Virus record (IMG/VR): IMGVR_UViG_3300025674_006584
Source: an uncultured virus (IMG/VR IMGVR_UViG_3300025674_006584)
Lineage: Duplodnaviria > Heunggongvirae > Uroviricota > Caudoviricetes
Length of the DNA: 64,000 nucleotides
Reading direction: 5' to 3' (one strand)
Numbering within the stretch: position 1 is the stretch's first letter; each line of letters begins with the position of its first letter. The notes beneath the pieces were generated by a model. It was not told where the DNA came from. It searched no databases and was given only the letters and a program-made list of their open reading frames with translations. Positions 50,890 through 60,248 of the stretch are shown one piece after another. Both the position numbers and the translations under genes were made by a program.

Positions 50890-51723
50890 TAGAAAAATTT
50901 CTTTAACTTTATCTCTCACTTCCCAACATTTCTTTTCATTAGTAAGGTCACACTCGAAATTATAATCATGTAATTTCAAGTGTGATTTTATGTTTTTAGG
51001 GTCGAAGTCAAACAAATCTAAAATCAAAGAATATAACCAATCAACTTTATTAGTTATTAAAGTATTACTACTAACTCTAAAATCGATATTCTCCCAATTA
51101 ATATCATTAAATTCTTCACCATTATAATGAAAAAATAAAGTTAAATCTTTACACAAAAGCCTTTCAAAAACATTGTAAGAGATATAATTTAAAAATATTT
51201 CATAGAGTTTTTCACCATTTAAATTTTTTCCAAAAAAATCATCAGACACGAATATATTATTATCCTTACAAATATATTTATCATACTTAGTTAGGTCTAT
51301 TGTTTTTGAAATTTCATCAAATAATTTTGAGTTATTATATTTTACTATTTTTATTTGGTCGTCAGTTTTAATAAAACCCTGTAGTGATTGGTCTGTATAA
51401 TTACAGACAGATAAATCATTTATATCATAATGATTGTGTAACATAATTGGTAATAAGTTCATAATACTACCATATTCTATTAAGTCGATAACATTAAAAT
51501 TTTTATCTAAATTAAGATTGTTTATTGAATATTCTCTGAATAGATTAGAATAATTTATAGGAGACGACACTGATGTTTTACCTTTTATAATCAAAAATTG
51601 ATTTAAATTTACGACATTTATTTTTGTTTTATGATTATCGTCTATAGAGTTAAATTTCTCTATAATTAAATTAGCAAAAACATTACATAAGTTTTTACCG
51701 TAATAAGGGGTTATAATATCCAT
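50884..51723 (-). CDS. Hypothetical protein, possibly a degenerate MetK (SAM synthetase)-like fold
   Basis: Weak resemblance of the N-terminus (LCNVFANLII...IIKGKT) to the MetK N-domain; no catalytic motifs. Confidence 0.35.
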   Translation of the reverse strand: MDIITPYYGKNLCNVFANLIIEKFNSIDDNHKTKINVVNLNQFLIIKGKTSVSSPINYSNLFREYSINNLNLDKNFNVIDLIEYGSIMNLLPIMLHNHYDINDLSVCNYTDQSLQGFIKTDDQIKIVKYNNSKLFDEISKTIDLTKYDKYICKDNNIFVSDDFFGKNLNGEKLYEIFLNYISYNVFERLLCKDLTLFFHYNGEEFNDINWENIDFRVSSNTLITNKVDWLYSLILDLFDFDPKNIKSHLKLHDYNFECDLTNEKKCWEVRDKVKEIFLL

Positions 51724-51772
51724 ATAAACTGTTTTTATAAAATATACAATTAAAAAAATATAGTATAAATAG

Positions 51773-51798
51773 AAAAAGGAGTCATTTGACTCCTTTTT
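51773..51798. terminator. Bidirectional intrinsic terminator
   Basis: aaaaaggagtc-attt-gactccttttt perfect inverted repeat. Confidence 0.85.
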
Positions 51799-51818
51799 AA
51801 AAACTCAGTAACAACAAA

Positions 51819-51944
51819 TTATTTTTTATTATAATACTTCTCGACCTGTTTCTGTAGTGCTTCATTAACCTGTTGAGTGGTTGTTTGTTGTTGAGTCTTT
51901 TCGGCTTGTTGTTGCTGTGCCTTTTTTTTACATCCGCATCCCAT
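51819..51944 (-). CDS. 41-aa MGCGC-start Gln-rich protein (not in ORF track)
   Basis: MGCGCKKKAQQQQAEKTQQQ...; TATTTAT upstream (51979-51985, minus) and terminator downstream. Confidence 0.6.
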   Translation of the reverse strand: MGCGCKKKAQQQQAEKTQQQTTTQQVNEALQKQVEKYYNKK

Positions 51945-52022
51945 GATAGTAATTTTTAAGAAGTTTATTTGTTTATTAATAAATAGTCCTTATTAGTATA
52001 TTTATTATAAAAGTATTACATA

Positions 52023-53663
52023 ATGAATCTTAGTCAAGTTTTATTGGAGGGTAGAAAAGAAGATTTTTTATCTAAGTATAGAGGAAAATTTACACCTGAG
52101 AATATTAAAAAAATATTCCTAATGTCTAGAGAATTATCCTCTAACCAAAAATTTTTAAACTTTTTAGGAAAAGTAGTTAGAGATAGTAATATTGATGAGG
52201 ATTTATTAAAAACTAAAATTGCGATTGAGAAATTTATTAAGTATCAAAAAAACTTAGAAGAAAAAGATATTAATCAGTACGATAGTTTAAAAGATATTGA
52301 AGATGCGATTGCTAAACATGAAAATCGAGTAATAAGGGATGTTAAAGAAGTCGAAGGTGCTGATATTGTATATGAAGACGATAGATTTACAGTAGTGACA
52401 CCAAAGACACACGAGGCTAGTTGTTATTATGGTTCAGGTTCTAAATGGTGTACCGCGGCTAAGAGTAGTGACCAACACTTTATGTCGTATAACAGAGATG
52501 GTAAGTTGTTCTATTTCTTGGATAAAAAAGCGTCTACTAATGATAGATTTTATAAAGTTGCCTTGTTACAAAAATATGATGGTAGACAACAATACTACGA
52601 TGCACCGGATAAATCATTTAATACGGGATGGATATTAGGAACTCCTGAGTTTGAAAAAATTAATAGAGTAATTCAAAATTACATGGAGTCAAATTATGCT
52701 GAGGATATCGAATTATTTAAGGATAAGGCAAGGGCTGAACAGGAGATGAGACGTAGAGCTCAAAGAGATAATAGAATTAGACAAGAAAGAATATTACGTC
52801 AAATGGATGACCTAAGGGAACGAGACTCTTGGAATAGAGACAATGATTTAGATGACTTAGGTAGAAAGGCTAATGCGATATATGAGGGATTAGTCGACGA
52901 GTGGGGTGTTGATATTGGTGAAGATGAAAGTATCTATAACTTAGTTCCTGATACTGATGGTTTTTACCCTGGTGAAATAATGTCATTTAAGTGGTTAGGT
53001 CAAGATGAGAATGAAAGTACATACATAGTAGGTGAGTGGGATGATGTTTATGAGTTGGCTAAATCTAGATTAGAAGAATTGGTTGACGATATGGGATTAT
53101 TTGAAGCATTTAATGATGACTTCCTTATGGCTCATTTAGATGTGGAAGAAGTGGTTAATTGGTTTAGAGATTACTTTGATGAGTATGTTAGAGATGAATG
53201 GGAAGAGTTGTTCGAGAGCGACGACTTACCACTAAGTAAAGAACAACAAAGTCGTTTAGAGAAGTTAGAACAAGAAATTGAGGAATTATATAGGAGAACA
53301 AGAGACACGGATTCATTAAAATACGGTAGTGATGAAAGAGGTGAAGTTTATGATAGGATAGAAGAGTTAGAGGAGGAGAGGGACGAAATACAAGAAAACC
53401 CTGAAGGCGAACCTACTGAGGAAATGTTTGAGGAAAGAATATCAGATTACTTGTATGATGTTAGACAAAACCCTAGACAATATTTACAAGATTATGGTTT
53501 TGCTGAAAATACTGAAAGATTAGAACATTTTATTGACAAAAACGCGGTAATTGAAGATGCTGTTGATATGGATGGTGTTGGACATAATATATCACATTAT
53601 GATGGTGCAACATTTGAGACAAGAATTGAAGGTGTAGACTATTACGCTTTCCGTATTGATTAA
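52023..53663 (+). CDS. WCT-motif domain protein with acidic C-terminal region
   Basis: KDINQY, ASCYYGSGSKWCTAA..F..Y...GKLFY; VLLE leader. Confidence 0.65.
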   Translation: MNLSQVLLEGRKEDFLSKYRGKFTPENIKKIFLMSRELSSNQKFLNFLGKVVRDSNIDEDLLKTKIAIEKFIKYQKNLEEKDINQYDSLKDIEDAIAKHENRVIRDVKEVEGADIVYEDDRFTVVTPKTHEASCYYGSGSKWCTAAKSSDQHFMSYNRDGKLFYFLDKKASTNDRFYKVALLQKYDGRQQYYDAPDKSFNTGWILGTPEFEKINRVIQNYMESNYAEDIELFKDKARAEQEMRRRAQRDNRIRQERILRQMDDLRERDSWNRDNDLDDLGRKANAIYEGLVDEWGVDIGEDESIYNLVPDTDGFYPGEIMSFKWLGQDENESTYIVGEWDDVYELAKSRLEELVDDMGLFEAFNDDFLMAHLDVEEVVNWFRDYFDEYVRDEWEELFESDDLPLSKEQQSRLEKLEQEIEELYRRTRDTDSLKYGSDERGEVYDRIEELEEERDEIQENPEGEPTEEMFEERISDYLYDVRQNPRQYLQDYGFAENTERLEHFIDKNAVIEDAVDMDGVGHNISHYDGATFETRIEGVDYYAFRID

Positions 53664-53702
53664 TAAAATCTTTTTTTTATTCTTAGGGTAGAATAAAAAG
53701 TT

Positions 53703-54422
53703 ATGAGATTACCCTTAGATTGGATTTTACAGGAACCTATTGATATGGAACATAAGGAGTATGTTCTGTTAGATTATATATCAAAAATTGATAAAGAACT
53801 AGAGGAGTTCAAGTTGTACCCAACATTCCAAGAGCTTTCATTACACTTAGCTAATTTGAGGTCAATAAGTGAAAAATTAAAAAGAATAGAATTAAAAAAA
53901 GAACCTGAAGAAGTTGATGATGAAATATTATTAAATAATATAAGTCATGTAAATTTAACGGGATTCACTAATGATGACTTAAAAGAAATAGTAAAAATAT
54001 CTAAAGACGCGAGTGGTAGACTAAAGGACTTCTTTTTAATAGCTAAATCTATATGGTCAATAGTTTTTGATAGTGTTTTAATTATACAGAAAAATAAACA
54101 CTTTAAAATAACTGAAAAAAATCACAAAGAAGGGTATTTGTATTTTGAATACAGTAATGAGAAGTATTTTTATAGATATAATATTAATAAAATTGACCCT
54201 AAGTTTGATGAACAAAAATGTACATTTGTACTTTTAAGTAAAGGTGATAAAATTGATATTGAATCTAAATTAGAAAACAGTGTAGTTTTTGTTGCTAATT
54301 TTGATGACGAGTTCCCATTAGAGGGGTGTTTACTTTCCATTATAAAAAGGAAAGTTATTAATTACATTGCTCAAACTATTAAACTTGAAGAGTTAAAAGA
54401 GAGTAATGAAAAAGAAAAGTAG
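53703..54422 (+). CDS. Hypothetical protein (Bacteroidota-like)
   Basis: DWI...ID.EHKEYVLL.Y motif. Confidence 0.6.
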   Translation: MRLPLDWILQEPIDMEHKEYVLLDYISKIDKELEEFKLYPTFQELSLHLANLRSISEKLKRIELKKEPEEVDDEILLNNISHVNLTGFTNDDLKEIVKISKDASGRLKDFFLIAKSIWSIVFDSVLIIQKNKHFKITEKNHKEGYLYFEYSNEKYFYRYNINKIDPKFDEQKCTFVLLSKGDKIDIESKLENSVVFVANFDDEFPLEGCLLSIIKRKVINYIAQTIKLEELKESNEKEK

Positions 54423-54819
54423 ATATCCTGACCATATAGTTTGGGATGAAGAAACTGAGACATTTAACGCTTACTTACTACCTTATGGTTCTAATGTATC
54501 CGCACCTGTAATAAAAATAGATAATGTGGACGGTTTTAAGAATAAAGGTGTAAGTAAAATAGAAAAAATATTTAACTCTGAACTTGAAGAATTAATTCAA
54601 AAGTATTATAATTTGGTAGATGAGGTAGAATTAAATAATCTCATCTATAATTCAAAATATTCATTTGAACCAATAATTGGTGAAATTTACCATCTATATG
54701 AAAACAAAAACAATGAAAAATTTCTATCATTGATAGGACCAAATGAATGGAATGAAAAACACATAATATCAGTTAGATTAAATTCAGATTACAAATGGGT
54801 TTCCATAAAAGATTTATAA
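54406..54819 (+). CDS. DUF2452-family protein
   Basis: LPYGSNVSAPVI, FEPIIGEIYHLY, LSLIGPNEW. Confidence 0.75.
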   Translation: MKKKSRYPDHIVWDEETETFNAYLLPYGSNVSAPVIKIDNVDGFKNKGVSKIEKIFNSELEELIQKYYNLVDEVELNNLIYNSKYSFEPIIGEIYHLYENKNNEKFLSLIGPNEWNEKHIISVRLNSDYKWVSIKDL

Positions 54820-54972
54820 CTAAAGACACTATAATGTTAACGGATGAAAGTAATATTAATGTACTTTTTAGTTCTGATGCGTTAATTTTTGGTGACGATT
54901 GGTCGAGTGAATTTTATGACCTCTTTAAAGAAGGTTATGAATATAATGAAATAATAAAAAAACTTAATTAAA

Positions 54973-55194
54973 ATGAAGACTATAAAAAAAGGCGAAACAA
55001 TTAAAAGAGTTACAGATTCTGACGCTATCTTTTTCACTAAAAATGGATGGGAATACTGTTCAAAAACTGAGTGGAAAAAAGATAGAAAAATTAAATCCAA
55101 TGTAACTCAAGAAGAAGTCTCAGATAATATCTCAGATAAAAAGAAAAGAAAAATTAGAAAGGAAAATAAAAGAAAAAAATATCAAATTAACTAA
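54973..55194 (+). CDS. Small basic hypothetical protein
   Basis: GWEYCSKTEWK; coupled to the next gene. Confidence 0.55.
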   Translation: MKTIKKGETIKRVTDSDAIFFTKNGWEYCSKTEWKKDRKIKSNVTQEEVSDNISDKKKRKIRKENKRKKYQIN

Positions 55195-55649
55195 TGAAAA
55201 AATTTATTTTAATGTTATTGACTGCAATCAGCGTAACCGCGTTTGGTCAATACACACCACAAGAAGGGACATTTTCTAAAACCTATACCCAATTAAGAAT
55301 ATGGGAAAGACCTGATAGTACTTGGGTATACTCTGATGGTACATTTGTGGATTGGACATTTATATTTAATGTTGAATTCTTTGCCTTTCCAGGTGGTTCT
55401 AGTATGTTCGGTACTATTATGGAGAACTCAGAAGGTGAACCTAAATTTTTCTGTAACTATTTAGGTGACCTTTATGAAAGTAAAGACGAATACGGTGAAT
55501 ATGGTTCGTACAAGGTGGACATTTTAAATAAAGATGATGAAACAGGTACGTGGAAATATTGGGATTCTGGTGAACTAAGATATTACGGACCTTGGACGTA
55601 TCTTTTTACGGGTGATAAAACTTATTTTAGTTATTTTAATGAAAAATGA
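55194..55649 (+). CDS. Secreted hypothetical protein
   Basis: Signal peptide ...TAFG-Q. Confidence 0.6.
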   Translation: MKKFILMLLTAISVTAFGQYTPQEGTFSKTYTQLRIWERPDSTWVYSDGTFVDWTFIFNVEFFAFPGGSSMFGTIMENSEGEPKFFCNYLGDLYESKDEYGEYGSYKVDILNKDDETGTWKYWDSGELRYYGPWTYLFTGDKTYFSYFNEK

Positions 55650-56061
55650 TATGAATTATAAACTTAAAACCCTCTTTGTTTTATTTTTCGTAAGTTTTAT
55701 TTCATTCGCTCAGGGAGAAAGTCCTTATGAAATACATTTAGGATTGGGAAGACACCAAAAAAATATTGATGAATACGGTAATCCATTACCCTACGGTAAA
55801 GAAATTGATAAGGATATTTTATATATAGATAAAAAAGAATTAGACTATATATTAAACCGTTCAACATACGGTAACGGTGTTCTAAATGGTTCTTTTAATG
55901 TTAATGGTGTTATAAGATGGAATGGTGAGTTAGTTAACACAACATGGACTCTAATGAGTAATAACTATCATATAATGATTCAGAGTCTTGATGACTTTGA
56001 AAGATATTATTATAATATACCTGTTAGTGAATTAAAAGATAAAGTAAAAAGAAAATATTAA
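55612..56061 (+). CDS. Secreted hypothetical protein (true start probably ~55650)
   Basis: MNYKLKTLFVLFFVSFISFA-Q signal peptide. Confidence 0.55.
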   Translation: MIKLILVILMKNDMNYKLKTLFVLFFVSFISFAQGESPYEIHLGLGRHQKNIDEYGNPLPYGKEIDKDILYIDKKELDYILNRSTYGNGVLNGSFNVNGVIRWNGELVNTTWTLMSNNYHIMIQSLDDFERYYYNIPVSELKDKVKRKY

Positions 56062-56348
56062 TGAAAGAACAGGTTAACCATCCAGACCATTATGGTGGAG
56101 AAGATAATGTATATGAAGTTGTTAAAGTAGCCGAGGCTTGGGGAATAGACCGAGACGCATACCTATTCAATGTTCTAAAATACATTGGTCGTAGTGGAAA
56201 AAAAGATGATAATCCACCTTTACAAGACCTTAAAAAAGCGTTATGGTACTTAAACAGAAGAATAGAAACAATAGAAAATGAAAACAAATCAGATATATAC
56301 AGGAGACTCTACCAAGAAAATGGCGGAGATGGAGGAGGGAACGATTGA
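56061..56348 (+). CDS. DUF3310 (SaV-like) protein
   Basis: VNHPDHY, NVLKYIGR.GKK, DLKKALWYL. Confidence 0.85.
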   Translation: MKEQVNHPDHYGGEDNVYEVVKVAEAWGIDRDAYLFNVLKYIGRSGKKDDNPPLQDLKKALWYLNRRIETIENENKSDIYRRLYQENGGDGGGND

Positions 56349-57198
56349 TTTAATTGTTACTTCACCACCTTACGGAGTTGGAATTGATTATGATAGTTGG
56401 GATGACGATAAATACTTTGAAGAATACAAGTTATTTGCGAAAGATTGGTTGACACAGGCTTACAGAGTATTGAAAGATGATGGTAGAATCGCCATAAATA
56501 TACCATATGAAATAAATAGACAGGATAAAGGAGGTAGGATTTATTTCTCTGCTGAGATGTGGATGATTATGAAGGAAATTGGGTTTGGTTTCTTTGGTAT
56601 TGTTGATTTAGAAGAAAGTTCACCACACAGGAGTAAGACCACCGCTTGGGGTAGTTGGATGAGCCCATCATCACCATACATTTATAATCCAAAAGAATGT
56701 GTGATTTTAGCATATAAAAATTTACACAAGAAACAGGTAAAGGGTACACCACAATGGAAGGGTGAATACCAAATGGTCGAAGATAAAAAGAATGGAGGAG
56801 AGAGACGTAAGTTAGTTTATGAAGAAAAAGACAAAAAAGATTTTATGTCTTTGGTTTTTGGACAATGGAATTATTTTGCAGATACTCGGCAAATGACTAA
56901 AGCCACATTCTCTTTAGATATTCCATATCGAGCAATTAAGATTTTATCATACAAAGAAGATGTTGTATTAGACCCATTTAATGGTTCAGGTACTAGTTGT
57001 TTAGCTGCTGAAATGTTAGGTAGAAAGTGGATTGGTATTGATATATCTGAGAACTACTGTGAAGTTGCAAGACAAAGAATTAAAGACTATCAGTTGGAGC
57101 AACAACAACTTAAAATTAATATAGAAGAAACCACCGACGAACCTATAAAAAATATTTTTGGTACTACTACAAAAATTAAAGGTGGTATCGGAGCATAA
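56278..57198 (+). CDS. Beta-class N4-cytosine/N6-adenine DNA methyltransferase
   Basis: IVTSPPY ... VLDPFNGSGTS. Confidence 0.9.
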   Translation: MKTNQIYTGDSTKKMAEMEEGTIDLIVTSPPYGVGIDYDSWDDDKYFEEYKLFAKDWLTQAYRVLKDDGRIAINIPYEINRQDKGGRIYFSAEMWMIMKEIGFGFFGIVDLEESSPHRSKTTAWGSWMSPSSPYIYNPKECVILAYKNLHKKQVKGTPQWKGEYQMVEDKKNGGERRKLVYEEKDKKDFMSLVFGQWNYFADTRQMTKATFSLDIPYRAIKILSYKEDVVLDPFNGSGTSCLAAEMLGRKWIGIDISENYCEVARQRIKDYQLEQQQLKINIEETTDEPIKNIFGTTTKIKGGIGA

Positions 57199-57216
57199 AC
57201 AATTTAATAAAAAACT

Positions 57217-58692
57217 ATGGTTTACTACGAAACTACGGAGCAATTAATGAACCTTGCGAAGGAGGAAGGAACTAAAACTACCAAAGACGGTTTATTACAT
57301 TTTAACACTGGTAAGTTTACTGGTCGTTCACCTAAAGATAGATATTTTGCAAATGGTGAATATGTACATAATAATATAGACTTTAAAAGAGCTATAAACC
57401 AAAAACTAAGTAGAGAAGAATACATTTCTTTAAAAGAAGAGATGAAAGAATACTTAGAAGAAAACGAAACACTTAGGAGTAGAAGAGTTGCGGGGTACTC
57501 GTATGAACACATGGCGACTTTTAGTATTACTTCAACAGAACCATGGGGTATCATATTCTTTAACAATATGTTGATTGACCCAACTAGTTTTGTCACTACG
57601 TATTCAAGGTCGTTCACAGAATGGGAAGTCTTACACGCTCCAAATTTCGTAAGTAAAAATAGACCTAAAGGGGTTAAAAATGAAAACTTTGTTATTATAG
57701 ATTTTGATGATAGAAAAATATTAATAGCGGGAACAAGTTATACTGGTGAAATAAAGAAAAGTGTATTTACAGTTTTAAATACTCTTTTGATTGATAGAGG
57801 TGTGTTACCTATGCATTGTTCCGCAAACTCAAATACTAAAGAAGGTACGGGTGTTAATTTGTTTTTTGGTCTATCAGGTACAGGAAAGACGACATTGTCT
57901 TCAGACCCTTTAAAATACTTCATAGGGGATGATGAACACGGATGGGACGGAAATAAGATATTTAACTTTGAAGGGGGATGTTATGCAAAGTTAATTAACT
58001 TAGAAGAGGAAAATGAGCCAATTATATGGGACGCGATACATAGTAAATTTACAAGACAAAACACATCTTTACTTGAAAATATTATTGTTGATGAGGATGG
58101 AAATCCTGACTTTACTGATAGTACGATAACTGAAAATATTAGAGCTTCTTATCCCTTAGACCAAATAAGTAGAAATTCTAAAGTAACTATGACAGGAAGA
58201 GGTAATGGAGTTAAAAATATATTCTTTTTATCATTTGACGCTTTTGGAGTATTACCTCCCATTTCTTTATTGGATACAGAACAGGCGATTAAATACTTTG
58301 AGTTAGGTTATACATCAAAAGTGGCAGGAACAGAAGTAGGTATTGATGAACCAACGACCACATTCTCACCATGTTTTGGTGACCCATTCCTACCAAGAAA
58401 AATTTCTGACTACACAAACCTATTCAGAGAAAAACTTATAGAATTTTCAGATGTTAAAGTTTGGTTGGTAAATACAGGATTTGATAAACATTATAATAGG
58501 TTTTCGTTGTCACAAACTCGCAGTATTATTAATGGAGTAATTGATGGTGACTACGATGAGACCTTTATTGAATATAACGATTTACAGATACCAAAAAGAA
58601 TTGGTGAGTACAATATGGAAGAGGTTTTTGAAAAACCTGATGAAATAAGACAAGGTAAATTCTTTACCATGATAAAAAACTCCTTACAATGA
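57217..58692 (+). CDS. pckA: Phosphoenolpyruvate carboxykinase (ATP)
   Basis: TGRSPKDR, YTGEIKK, MHCSAN, GLSGTGKTTLS, IGDDEHGW, NFEGGCYAK. Confidence 0.95.
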   Translation: MVYYETTEQLMNLAKEEGTKTTKDGLLHFNTGKFTGRSPKDRYFANGEYVHNNIDFKRAINQKLSREEYISLKEEMKEYLEENETLRSRRVAGYSYEHMATFSITSTEPWGIIFFNNMLIDPTSFVTTYSRSFTEWEVLHAPNFVSKNRPKGVKNENFVIIDFDDRKILIAGTSYTGEIKKSVFTVLNTLLIDRGVLPMHCSANSNTKEGTGVNLFFGLSGTGKTTLSSDPLKYFIGDDEHGWDGNKIFNFEGGCYAKLINLEEENEPIIWDAIHSKFTRQNTSLLENIIVDEDGNPDFTDSTITENIRASYPLDQISRNSKVTMTGRGNGVKNIFFLSFDAFGVLPPISLLDTEQAIKYFELGYTSKVAGTEVGIDEPTTTFSPCFGDPFLPRKISDYTNLFREKLIEFSDVKVWLVNTGFDKHYNRFSLSQTRSIINGVIDGDYDETFIEYNDLQIPKRIGEYNMEEVFEKPDEIRQGKFFTMIKNSLQ

Positions 58693-58702
58693 GGGGTTTT
58701 TT
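58674..58702 (+). terminator. Intrinsic terminator overlapping the pckA end
   Basis: aaaaaactcctt/gaggggtttttt. Confidence 0.65.
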
Positions 58703-58800
58703 GTTTAATATAATACAAAAAAAAATACACAAAACACATTGACTAATAAAATTATTTATCGTATACTCATGAAACAATAAAAAAATAAAACAAACAAAAA

Positions 58801-59847
58801 ATGAAAAAAGTATTAATGGTATTGGGATTGGCCTTAACATCCCTAATTGGTTTTTCTCAGTCCACTGTTGTGGATGTAATCGTTGGTAGTGAAGACCATA
58901 CATTATTAGAAGCCGCTGTTATTGAGGCAGGGCTAGTTGAAGCGTTAAGTGATACCACAGGTACATTTACAGTATTTGCACCTACCGATGATGCAATTAC
59001 AAACTTGGTTTATGAATTAGGTATTACACCCGAAGAGTTATTGGCACTTGAAGGGTTGGGTGATATCTTATTGTACCATGTTGTTAACGCAATTGCATTG
59101 AGTGGTGATTTAATGGATGGTGATACCTTTGAAACACTCTTGGGTGAGGATATTACTATCGCACTTACTGATAGTACTGTTATGGTTAATAACGCAATGG
59201 TTACTGTTGCTGACATTACAACAGATAATGGTGTTGTTCACGTTATCGACGCGGTACTTCTTCCACCTACCGAACCTGTAGTAACGGCAGTATGGGATTG
59301 GATTGAATCAAGTGATGTCCATAACTACCTCGAAGCTGCAGTTATCGCAGGAGGTCTACAAGAGACTTTAGAGGGTGAAGGTACCTTTACAGTATTTGCA
59401 CCAACTGACGATGCGTTTGTTGATTTGGCAACCACGTTGGGTGTTGAAGTTACTGACCTTTTGGCTCTTCCTAACTTGACTGACATTCTTTTGTATCACG
59501 TCTTGGGTACTACTGTTATGAGTACCGACTTGTATGACGGTTTGGAAGCAACCACAGTAGGTGGTGGTACCTTGACTATCGGTGTTGGTGAAACAGTGAC
59601 TGTAAACGAAACTGCAACTGTTGTGTTGGTTGATTTGGAAGCACAAAACGGTGTTGTTCACGTTATCGACGAGGTACTATTGGATAACACCCCTAATAGT
59701 GTCGGTGAGATTCAACCAACAGATGTTAACTATGATGGGTTCTACTACAACATCATGGGTCAAAGGTTCGATAGTATATTGGACATTCCATTCGGTAGTG
59801 TATACATCTACAATGGTAAGAAGTATATTAGGACTGAAGATAGATAA
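58801..59847 (+). CDS. Secreted two-fasciclin (FAS1) domain protein
   Basis: Signal peptide; two FTVFAPTDDA...ILLYHV...NGVVHVID repeats. Confidence 0.92.
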   Translation: MKKVLMVLGLALTSLIGFSQSTVVDVIVGSEDHTLLEAAVIEAGLVEALSDTTGTFTVFAPTDDAITNLVYELGITPEELLALEGLGDILLYHVVNAIALSGDLMDGDTFETLLGEDITIALTDSTVMVNNAMVTVADITTDNGVVHVIDAVLLPPTEPVVTAVWDWIESSDVHNYLEAAVIAGGLQETLEGEGTFTVFAPTDDAFVDLATTLGVEVTDLLALPNLTDILLYHVLGTTVMSTDLYDGLEATTVGGGTLTIGVGETVTVNETATVVLVDLEAQNGVVHVIDEVLLDNTPNSVGEIQPTDVNYDGFYYNIMGQRFDSILDIPFGSVYIYNGKKYIRTEDR

Positions 59848-59865
59848 TATATTTTCACAGTATTT

Positions 59866-59896
59866 AAAAAACCTCACTTATCTGTGAGGTTTTTTT
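59866..59896 (+). terminator. Intrinsic terminator
   Basis: aaaaaacctcac-ttatct-gtgaggtttttt. Confidence 0.85.
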
Positions 59897-59930
59897 GTTT
59901 ATAAGGTATTTATATTAAAAGTATATTAAC

Positions 59931-60248
59931 ATGAGACAATTTAGAATAGATGACTCAGAGAGAAATAGAATTTTAAATCTCCACGAGAATGCAACTAAAA
60001 AACAATACCTAAGTGAACAAGGTGGTAAATGTTTACCTATAAATCAAGTTATTGGTATTGAAAATTTCGTTAAAGGTAATTTTGATTCACTTACAAATAT
60101 TATGGGACAAAAGATTAGTGAGGTTTGTGAAAGTAATTCATTTGGTGATATCGCAGAATACACATTCACTATGGAAAGTAACCCTAACTTAACAGTGGCA
60201 AGTTTTAAAATTGATGGAGACTTAACACCAAAAGAATCAGGAGCATGA
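59931..60248 (+). CDS. Hypothetical protein with ERNRILNLHE/YLSE leader
   Basis: TATTTAT at 59907-59913. Confidence 0.6.
   Translation: MRQFRIDDSERNRILNLHENATKKQYLSEQGGKCLPINQVIGIENFVKGNFDSLTNIMGQKISEVCESNSFGDIAEYTFTMESNPNLTVASFKIDGDLTPKESGA

Noticed and set aside
40783..57198. Restriction-modification systems around the two DNA methyltransferases
   Set aside because: No adjacent endonuclease recognised; orphan methyltransferases are ordinary in large phages
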